Shown: piece by piece, positions 53,522 through 64,000 of the stretch | Numbering within the stretch: position 1 is the stretch's first letter | Layout of the letters: each line of letters begins with the position of its first letter | Source: Octopus vulgaris | Taxonomy: Eukaryota | Length of the DNA stretch: 64,000 nt | NCBI GenBank assembly: GCA_951406725.2 | Contig: OX597837.1 | Coordinates: 20,026,001-20,090,000 of the forward strand | Direction: 5' to 3' | Notes under the pieces: generated by a model | What the model saw: the letters and a program-made list of their open reading frames with translations, nothing else | What the model was told of the DNA's origin: nothing | The model's database searches: none | Made by a program: the position numbers and the translations under genes

Positions 53522-54383
53522 TATATTAAATATAATAAAGATATTTGGAGGAAACAAATAAAGAAACGGAGAAAGAAAAGAGCGGAAGGAAGGAAGAAAG
53601 GATGAAACTTAGAGTACATCGAACTAAATGAATTTCAATATAAATGCCAACAAGAAACCTATAAAAGCAAGACGGTGAGTGAGAGCGAGCGAACGGGAGA
53701 GAGAGAGAGAAAGATAGAGAGACAGACAGAGACAGAGAGTGACGCAGACAGACAGATTGAGAGAAAGGGGGAGAAAGAGGGATGCAGTGAGAATGAGAGG
53801 GGAATATTCTTTTTTTTCTGTTTTAATTTTTTTTTTTGGTTTTTTTTTTTTTAAATATTCAAATAAAACGAATTCGAAAGTTAAAACAAAATTGAAATCA
53901 TCAAAAGAAAATTAAATAAAAAAAATGAATGAATAATAAATATATAAACAAATAAAGTATTGGAATATAGTAAAAAAAAAGTGGGGTGAAGAGTACATAG
54001 GAGGAGAGTAGCACAGAGCATTGCTGGTGGTGGTGGGAGTACTGGAAAGTAAATGTAAATTTTATGAGTTTGTGACTGTGGTGTGTGTGGCGGTGGCGGT
54101 GATGATGATGATGGTGGAAGGGGTGGGTCGGCGGGCTTTTTTTGTATTTATTGGTTGAGAGTAAATGTCAGGTTCGTGTGACAGTCTGGTGACAGGAATT
54201 ATGTCAATCTTATGTTGGTGGGGGTGGAACTGTGGTAGGGGTGGCAGTGAATGTCTTTCCAATATAAATTGGTGAGGCTGGCGCGAGCGGAGGAGAAGCG
54301 GGGGATGGGCAAATGTCTTCGAATATATTTTCAGAAAATTGATGTTTGCGCAAAGTTTTTTTTTAAATATATTTTTTTACTGT

Positions 54384-54662
54384 CTTCTTCTTCTTCTTCT
54401 TCTTCTTTTCTTCTTCTTTTTCTTCTTCTTCTTCTTCCTTTTCTTTTTCTTTTTCTTCTCCCTTTTCTTCTTCCTTTTCTTCTTCTCTTTCTTCTTCTTC
54501 TTTCTTCTTCTTCTTCTTCTTTTTCCTTTTCTTCTTCTTCTTCTTCTTCTTCTTCTTCTTCTTCTTGTTTTTCTTCTTCTTCTTTTTCTTCTTTTTCTTC
54601 TTTTTCTTCTTTTTCTTCTTTTCTTCTTCTTCTTCTTCTTCTTCTTCTTCTTCTTCTTCTCC

Positions 54663-54721
<59 letters not shown>

Positions 54722-54810
54722 ATTATTATTATTATTATTATTATTTTCTTTTTCTTCTACTTCTTTGTCTTAATTTTTTCTCTTCTGTTTTTCTTCTTTC
54801 CTTCTTTTTC
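54384..54810. repeat. degenerate (TTC)n polypyrimidine tract plus (TTA)n
   Basis: Direct reading. Confidence 0.95.
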
Positions 54811-55084
54811 CAATCAACTACAACAGTAATACCAGCAGCAACAGCAACAGCAATAACAGTTATAATAAACATAAGCAAAACACTAACATCATAAATTAAT
54901 AAATTAATAACAACATTAAACAACAACAACAACAACAATCTTAACAAGACACCATTTTAACAGCAACGACATTATCGTTAACAACGTTATCAACGTTAAC
55001 CGCGTCAATATTAGCAACATTAACAGCAATAGCAACAAAGGCGAAGACAACAACAACGTAAACAACATGCTACTACTACTACTG

Positions 55085-55116
<32 letters not shown>

Positions 55117-55754
55117 ATTAGATAATGCTTCATCTCGGCCCGCAAAGACAACGGTGGAACTTCGATGTGGTTGCTAGATCAGGTGGAAACCGCAGCCAAA
55201 TATCCCTCAAACTTTCCTTTTATTGCTTAAATCCCAGTAACTGACCACTCTTGGGCTAAAAATGAAGAGTGATGGACAGCTTGACCATGGCTAGAACTAT
55301 TCATGAGTTTTCATCTCAGGTCCCGTCAATCATAATTGTCCCAGGAATAAACGGGAGTAACAACAACAACAGCAGTAGCAACAGAAGCAGCAGCAATGAT
55401 AATCATGAACACCTCAGTACAGGTAAACCTCCCCTACATCGAAACCACAAGGTACCCAAAAATTGATGAAACGAATTCTTTTATTTAAAAGTGCCACTCC
55501 AAATTCATCAAGATGAGCAATGTAATGGGTTTGAACCATCTCTCCTTCTCTCCCTCTCTCCCTCTCTCCCCTTCTCTCTCTCTCTCCCCTTCTCTCCCTC
55601 TCTGCTTATTGCTTAGGACAGGGGGCCCCAACCACCGCGCCGCGGACCAATATCAGGCTGCTCATAAAACGTAATTTTTTAAATGTTATTTACTGTTGCA
55701 GGCTGCAGAATGTTTTTATTTGATGTATGTAGTAATATATGTAACAATGATTTC

Positions 55755-55945
55755 AAAGTTTGGCATGAGGCCAGCAGTTTCGGAGGGGAAGTTAGTTAAG
55801 TCGATTACGTCGACCCCAGTTTTCAACTGGTACTTATTTTATCGACTCCGAAAGTGTGAAACGCGACGGGATTTGAACTCAGAACGTGAAAACGGATGAA
55901 ATGCCGCTGAGCATGCTAACGATTTTGCCAGTTCGTCACCTCACA
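55755..55945 (-). mobile_element. SINE family B
   Basis: GTCGACCCCAG..CTGGTACTTATTTTATCGAC..GAACTCAGAACG..GCCAGTTCGTCACC. Confidence 0.8.
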
Positions 55946-55956
55946 TCTTTAATACA

Positions 55957-56160
55957 CGAAGAGCTGCTGAAAAGTTCCTGGTTTTAGGTAAAAGGAAATA
56001 CAGAGGTTTCGGTTATTTATGATTTTATTCAACATATTCCTCTCCCAGATTCGTACACTTATTGCAGCGGTCCTTCAATTTTTCAACAGTGGTCTTTCAG
56101 TTAGGCCTCCAACCAAGCCTTGTGTGGCACCCTTAAAGCCACGAACTTTTCAGCACTCCT
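55957..56160. mobile_element. mariner-derived MITE
   Basis: TIRs TGCTGAAAAGTTCCTGGTTTTA / TAAAGCCACGAACTTTTCAGCA; ~200 bp, non-coding. Confidence 0.75.
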
Positions 56161-56545
56161 TACTCCTTACTCCTTTACTCCTTTACTTGTTTCAGTCATT
56201 TGACTGCGGCCATGCTGGAGCACCGCATTTAATCGAGCAACTCGACCCCGGAACTTATTCTTTTGTAAGCCCAGTACTTATTCTATCGGTCTCTTTTGCC
56301 GAACCGCTAGGTAACGGGGACATAAACACACCAACATCGGTTGTCAAGCAATGCTAGAGGGACAAACGCAGACACACAAACACACACACGCATATATATA
56401 CATATATACGACGGGCTTCTTTCAGTTTCCGTCTACTGGGCTTACAAAAAGAATAAATCCCGGGGTCGAGTTGCTCGATTAAAGGCGGTGCTCCAGCATG
56501 GCCACAGTCAAATGACTGAAACAAGTAAAAGAGTAAAAGAGAGAG
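56161..56545. mobile_element. SINE family A with an inverted duplicated 3' tail
   Basis: Minus copy 56161-56436 joined at TAC to a plus-strand 3' tail 56434-56545. Confidence 0.88.
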
Positions 56546-56574
56546 ATGCCAGCTGCAATAACCATAAACTTTAT

Positions 56575-56776
56575 CGTTTACTTGTTTCAGCCATTTGACT
56601 TGACTTGAAAGGATTTGGTCGAACAAATCGACCCTGGGACTTATTATTTTTTGAAATCTAGTACTTATTCTATCGGATTCTTTTACCGAACCGCTAAGTT
56701 ACTGAGACATAAACACACCACCACTGGTTGTCAAGCGGTGGTGGAGGACAAACACAGACAAACAGACGGACAGACA

Positions 56777-56860
<84 letters not shown>

Positions 56861-57365
56861 AAGAAAAGAAAATGGAGATAAGAAAGTTAATAATTGTTTA
56901 TTATTAACAACACCCGTTTCAATTAATACTCTTTTACTCTTTTTTTTACACTTTTACTTATTTCAGTCATTTGACTGTGGCCATGTTGGAGCACCGCTTT
57001 TAGTCGAGCAAATCGGCCCCAGGATTTATTCTTTGGAAGCCTAGTAGTTATTCTATCCGTCTCTTTTGCCGAAACGCTAAGTTACGGGGACGTAAACACA
57101 CCAGCATCGGTTGTCAAGCGATGTTGGGGGTACAAACACAGACACACAAACTTATACACACACATACACACACACACACACACATATACCTATATATCCA
57201 TATATACGACGGGCTTCTTTCAGTTTCCGGCTACAAAATCCACTCACAAAGCTTTGGATGGCCCGAGGCTACAGTAGAAGGCACTTGCCCAAGGTGCCTC
57301 GCAGTGGGACTGAACCCGGAACCATGTGGCTGGTAAGCAAGCTACTTATCACACAACCACTCCTG
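56575..57365 (-). mobile_element. two further SINE family A copies (56575-56860 truncated; 56925-57365 full length)
   Basis: Full A-box/B-box head at 57300-57365, internal (CA)n, standard tail. Confidence 0.9.
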
Positions 57366-57755
57366 CGCTTAATACTCAATAATTTAATTACAAATTTTAC
57401 GTTAAATTTACAATTATGTGACATGAGTATAATTTCAACGGAGAAAAACAATGTGTATTTCTTTGTATGTTATATTTGGGCTTATGAATTCATTTCAGCA
57501 AACAAAATTTTACGATTTATGGTTTATATTATTATATACTCGGGTGAAGGGTTAACAGGTTGATAAGAATATGATTAGGGATGAAGTAAATTAAATAAAG
57601 AAAACTAGAACAATAAATAAAGTAAAAATAGAGATGATTGAGGAAAGATAAACTGAAATAAAGTAAATATATTGTTAATAAAAGAATAAAATATTCATTT
57701 ATAAGTTATAAATGAAATTGTAAAAATTTATATATGTATGTGTATATATATATAT

Positions 57756-57961
57756 ATATAATTAGTGAATGGAAGAAATGGAGTTGAACGAAGATTGTAC
57801 AGAATTCCTTTTATTACATTCTACACATGTTTCAAAGGCCACAATTTTCCAAATTATGATTAATTTGGAAAATTGTGGCCTTTGAAACATGTGTAGAATG
57901 TAATAAAAGGAATTCTGTACAATCTTCGTTCAACTCCATTTCTTCCATTCACTAATTATAT
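57756..57961. repeat. perfect palindrome, 101-bp arms, 4-nt loop
   Basis: 57756-57856 is the exact reverse complement of 57861-57961; loop TGAT. Confidence 0.95.
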
Positions 57962-58187
57962 TAAACTTCAATTATCCGCACCAACGCACGGTTGCAACAC
58001 CATATGGTCTTATCTCCAACCGTGTTTTTTTCTGCTGTGATTTTTGCTACCCAGGTATCGGTTAAACTTTTGAATAATCTGTAACAAGAAAATTCATCTT
58101 TCCATTTCAACAAATATACATATATATATATATACTTATATATATATATATACAAAGTTAAGTTGTAAGGTACCGCACGAGTAGAAT

Positions 58188-58669
58188 TATATATGAAAGA
58201 AGGCTTGAAAATGCAATTTTAAAAGATGTTTATTCATTTGACCGGTTTCACTTTTTTAGAAAAATATTGTCAAAAGTAAAATGTAAAAGCTTTGTTGTGT
58301 TAGGTACTGGTTCTCACAAAACATTACAATACATATATACATTCTTTGATAATAATAAGAACATGTTAAAAAGAGTTTACAAGGGAAAATCTCGGGAAAA
58401 TATAAAGAAGTTCATTAAAATATTGGGCACAAAAAATTACAATACATATATACATTCTTTCATAACAATAAGAAAATGTTAAAACATTTAACATTTTCGT
58501 ATTATTATCAAAGAATGTATACATGTATTGTAATATTTTGTGACAACCAATACTTAACACAACAAAGCTTTTACTTTTTACTTTTGACAATCTTTTTCTA
58601 AAAAAGTGAAACCGGTCAAGTGAATGAACATCTTTTAAAATTGCAGTTTCAAGCCTTCTTTCATATATA
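58188..58669. repeat. long inverted repeat (~180-bp arms) with an internal direct duplication
   Basis: Arms ~58188-58370 and ~58487-58669; 58428-58484 repeats 58315-58371. Confidence 0.92.
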
Positions 58670-59125
58670 TATACACCAACATACACACGCACAGATACGC
58701 GCATATACTTATGCATATACATGTACACACACGCTTACACATATACGTGTATACATGCATACACACATACATACACATACATGCATATTGCTTTCCAATG
58801 TGCTTACAAGCCCCGATTTCTATACTGGCAGCTTCTGTCTTAGGCAAGCTTCCTCTTTTGAGTTTCTTTCACTTCTTTCTCCCATGGCACAGTCAGTTTC
58901 CACAAACCCACCTTTTTGGTGGAATTTGATAAAGTCCCTATAGACATTCATACGTACGCTCACATATATATATCTATGTTGAAAGAGTAATACATCTGTA
59001 TATATTTGTTTCTTTATCGATGCATCAGTCTGTCTACGTCTACGTCCACAACACTGTCACTCTTTCTCCATCCAGCCATCAATTCATCCATCCATAAATC
59101 ATCCATCCATCCATGCACCCATTCT

Positions 59126-59176
<51 letters not shown>

Positions 59177-59272
59177 ATATACCTAGCTAGCTACATATGT
59201 ATGCATGTATGTATGCTTGTATGTCAGTATATGTGTGTGTGTGTGTATGTGTGTGTGTGTGTGTGTGTGTAT

Positions 59273-59383
59273 TAGATAAAGATAGTCATGGCCTGTCTAT
59301 GGGTTTACTCCGGGTTTCACGTCCGTAAAGCGGTTCGCTTGACTCAGAGTTACCTCATAGACCGCCATAACTATCTTTATCTA
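59273..59383. repeat. imperfect ~110-nt hairpin
   Basis: TAGATAAAGATAGT/ACTATCTTTATCTA, ATGGC/GCCAT, GTCTATG/CATAGAC and ACTC/GAGT nested. Confidence 0.85.
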
Positions 59384-59541
59384 GTTATTCTATTGTTCTA
59401 CGGCTCAGTGTTCTCGGATTTATGATTTACTGACGATATACGCATGTTTATACATACATACATACATACACACACACACACTCACACACATGCACACACA
59501 CACACACTCCACACACACACACATGCACACACACACACACA

Positions 59542-59630
<89 letters not shown>

Positions 59631-59635
<5 letters not shown>

Positions 59636-60493
59636 GTGGTGAATAAATTGTCGTCTAAATTACGCAAAAATGAAAATAACACTGACATCCTATTTTGACA
59701 GATATATTTACCAAAATTACATAAAAATATCTTGAAATACGAAAGAGTAAATTTATTCAATAAAATCGCCATTCGCAACAACCACAGACTCCAGACAACT
59801 CTGGAATCTCCTGCAGCTCTTCCGGATGGTCTCCTTGTTTATGTTGGTGAATGCTGCCATAGTCCTTCCCTTCAGTTCATCGTTGGTGTTACAAAGAGTT
59901 TTGTTGGTCACTCGCTCAAATTCGTTCCAAACATAATAATCAAGGGGGTTGCAGTCTGGGGGGTTAGGTGGCGAGATATTAGGGGATGTGGTCGCAAAAA
60001 CTGTGACAGCCATAACTGGGTTCTCCTGCTTGTGTGGCATGGTGCAGTGTCCTGTTTCCAGATATAGCGTCTTCTAGCAGTCACCCTCTTGAGCCAGGGC
60101 AGCACTACCTTCTCCAGGCACTTGATGTAGGCCTCTATATTGAGTCTGAGGTCATGTGGGAAGATGAATGGAGGCACAACATCGCCATCACTAGTGATCA
60201 CTCCAAACAACACGATGTTTAATTTTTATCACTCTCGGTGGATGTTTTGGGGACACGGAATCCAACGGTTGTTCACCATCGGTTCGTATTGGAGCTTCCG
60301 GCGCGAGTGCCAGGCAGTACAGCATATCGTTTCCAAATTTCTGGCAGAGTAAATTGCGTGATGGTGCTGGTTATCTCACAGACGGTGCCCAACTGCCCCT
60401 ATTATGCTGTTTAGTTGACATAATCAAAAACAAACAATGCGCATGCGTGAAATTAAAGATATAAAATGACGACAATTTACCCATCGTACGTTG
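59631..60493 (-). mobile_element. Tc1/mariner DD37D (maT-like) deletion derivative
   Basis: MLFGVITSDG...WKQDTAPCHTS...PPNPPDCNPLDYYVW; termini share TAAATTGTCGTC as an inverted repeat; same ends as 22248-23060. Confidence 0.88.
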
Positions 60494-60504
60494 TGTCTGT
60501 GTGA

Positions 60505-60573
<69 letters not shown>

Positions 60574-60665
60574 GATTGATAGATACACAAACACTCACAC
60601 ACACATATATATGTATAAATACACACACACATATGTATATAGATAGATAGATAGTTAGATAGATT

Positions 60666-60750
<85 letters not shown>

Positions 60751-60867
60751 TTGACTCTATGAATCAGTTACAACAGTCTCTTACTCGTGTATATCGAAGA
60801 TCGCAGATTTCCGCTCAGATAACGATGTGAAACCTTAACATGGATTTTACAGTCTACTTAACTCTGC

Positions 60868-60917
<50 letters not shown>

Positions 60918-61300
60918 CACGCATACACACTCGTACAAGGAGGCGCATAGATATTTATACACACATGTATTTCTGTGTACGTATATTTATGTCTCTTTCT
61001 CATTCTGTCTCTGTCTGTCTCTGTGTCTCTCCTCCTCTCTCCCTCTCTCTCTCTTTCTCTTTTTCTGCGTGTGTATATTATGCATAAGAAATATTTACAT
61101 TATATATATAAACACATATATGTACCTGTATACATGTATGTCCACATATACACACAAACACACATACACACTATTACACACTCATGCCCACACCCATACA
61201 TACTCACACACGCATATATATAAATACATACGTACATAAATACATGCATGTACGTATACATATATAGAAACTTATATATATTTATATACATGTATGTATG

Positions 61301-61344
<44 letters not shown>

Positions 61345-61558
61345 TATGTATACATATATATATACATCTACATACATACATGTATATGTATATATACGTA
61401 TATAAATATATATATAAATATATATGTACATGTTTATATATCTATGTATACATGTGTGTATGGATGGATGTACGTGTATATATATATATATATGTGTGAG
61501 TGCGTGCGGTTGTGGGTGTGTTTGTGTAATTGTGTTTGTCTGAGTGTATATGTGGATG

Positions 61559-61600
<42 letters not shown>

Positions 61601-61756
61601 TTTATATGTATAGATACATCTATATAATATGCATATACACACCTACATACATGCATACATATCCACATATTCAATTAGATATTTAGAGTCTGTTCATAAA
61701 CACTCAGGTAGTCAATAAATGTTGCCAGACTAAAAAAATATTTTTGTGTTTGTTAT

Positions 61757-62319
<563 letters not shown>

Positions 62320-62534
62320 GTTTAAGAGACAGAACCACCTTCAAGCAACTCAAACATCATTGAACGACATTATCTATGATAGAGATATATAGGATTAAAT
62401 ATTATCAACTTAATATCAGATTCATATACATTAGATAGACTACGAGTGTTTCATGACAATAAATCTATAGATATTGCTAAAGTATATATATATATACTTT
62501 TCGGTGTATATATATGCTTGCTGACATAAACGTC

Positions 62535-62935
62535 TTTTACATTTTACTTGACTGTGGCCATGCTGGGGCACCGTCTTGAAGAATTTCTAGTCGAACGAAT
62601 CGACCCCAGTATTTAAATTTCTTAAAGCCCCGTATTTATTCTATCGAGTGTTTGCCGAAGCGCTAAGTTATAGCGACGTAAACATCAACATCGGCTGTCA
62701 ATCTGCGGGATGGGGGAGGTGATAATCACAGACACAAAGATAGACACACATAGACATATATATGCATATATATACAATGGGCTTCTTACAGTTTCCTTCT
62801 TCCAAATCCAGTCACGGGGTTTGCTTGCCCCAAGACTGGAGTACGAAACACTTGCCCATGATACCATGCAGTGGGACTGAACCTCGAACCATGTGGTTTG
62901 GAAACAAGCATTTTACCACACAGGTACGCTTGTGC
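62535..62935 (-). mobile_element. SINE family A, diverged
   Basis: GACTGTGGCCATGCTGGGGCACCG...GCAGTGGGACTGAACC...TTACCACACAG. Confidence 0.85.
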
Positions 62936-63074
62936 CTACATGCATACATATTTTACTCACGTGTACATATGTGTTGGGTTGGAGTGAATGAGTGCTATGT
63001 ATACTCACACACTCTCCCACACACACACACGCGCGCACACACACTCACACACAGATGCTAAGAAAAATAAACCT

Positions 63075-63295
63075 ACATATACGTTCGTCCGTTGTTGACG
63101 ACGATGACCAAGGGCATCACATGGGAGAAGAAGACGGGGCACGGTGTGTCCGGCTGTGGACAATCGGTTCGATGCGTGCTTTGAAGGCTCTGCCGCAGAT
63201 CGAGCATTGGTTGTCTGTTGAGACTGAAGGCAAGGAGTTGACTCCGAACTTGCGTAGTTTTCGCTTTCTTTATGATCCTGCAATCTTGTTCTGTA
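63075..63295 (-). pseudogene. RTE-clade LINE extreme 3' end
   Basis: Minus QCSICGRAFKARIEPIVHSRTHR (RTE C-terminal C2H2-like finger) and tail GGTCATCGTCGTCAACAACGGACGAAC. Confidence 0.75.
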
Positions 63296-63304
63296 TATAC
63301 ATAA

Positions 63305-63622
63305 AAGAGTAAAGACCCCCTTCCTTCATGAATGACCATGGAATTGCACCTAGAAAATTCCCTTCTGAGGCACAAGTCTGAGCAAGGTCGTTTATGGAAG
63401 ACCAGCATTCGCCCATGTATACCACGACACCGATGTTATCCAAGAGAAAAACAAAAGCCGACATAGCTTGACGTCGCAACTCATTTCTACAGTTGAGTGA
63501 ACTAGAGCAACGTGAAATAAAGTGTCTTGCTCAAGAACACAGCACACCGCTTGTTCCGAAAATCGAACTCACTACCTCATGATTGTGAGACTGATGGTCT
63601 AACCACTGAACTATGCGCCTCC
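63305..63622 (-). mobile_element. tRNA-derived SINE, family C variant
   Basis: Minus GGAGGCGCATAGTTCAGTGGTTAG A box, GAGTTCGATT B box, GTGTTCTTGAGCAAGACACTTTATTTCACGTTGCTCTAG central domain. Confidence 0.8.
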
Positions 63623-64000
63623 ACGTATGTACATATGTTTATGTACAAGCAGTCTTTTTCCGTGCTACGTAGGCAACCATATTGTGTGTTGCGTAAGTCT
63701 TAATAAACACACACAGGCAGCAACATCACAAAAGATGGTTCGGTCACAGCTGAGACGCCTTTAATTTTGTCTCTGCTCCATCTGTGCTTCCCTCTATTTC
63801 AGCATCAATAACATCGGCTGTAACAACCACATACCAATAAATATCTCAAAGAATCAAAGGGGATATTTAAAATCTAATACCAGACAATATGTTTGGAATA
63901 TTCCTTACAAAGGATGTCAGTATACTAGAAAACTTAAAACTGGAATTGATAAAGTCACAAAATGTGGAATGGTTGAGGAATTGAGAAGCGATAGACCAGT

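Noticed and set aside
54251-54829. 192-aa and poly-E/R ORFs
   Set aside because: Artefacts of (TTC)n/(TTA)n tracts.
55619-55650. hAT/Charlie-like terminal sequence CAGGGGGCCCCCAACC
   Set aside because: No partner TIR or TSD found.

Overview
Eukaryotic, AT-rich, extremely repeat-dense DNA, probably intergenic or intronic. The microsatellite load and tRNA-derived SINE families suggest an octopus (coleoid cephalopod) genome; this is an inference. No host protein-coding gene can be supported, and nearly all listed ORFs are translations of simple repeats such as (TA)n, (CA)n, (TACA)n, (GATA)n, (TTA)n and (TTC)n. The real content is: at least three tRNA-headed SINE groups in many copies; decayed Tc1/mariner elements (one mariner, three DD37D/maT-like), a Tigger-like MITE and a hAT remnant; RTE and CR1/L2-type LINE fragments; and several Penelope-like (PLE, GIY-YIG) remnants, including an uninterrupted 317-codon fragment. 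The most interesting signal is a set of short, microsatellite-embedded elements carrying minimal hammerhead-ribozyme folds. These have palindromic (dimer-type) stem III and non-canonical cores: a CUGUNGA family, a G3:C8 swapped core and a possible U3:A8 core. Alongside them are fold-back palindromes built from the 3' half of such hammerhead-like ends. SINE/LINE partner 3' tails, one with a covarying stem-loop, are also visible. All ribozyme and family assignments were made by eye and need computational or biochemical confirmation.
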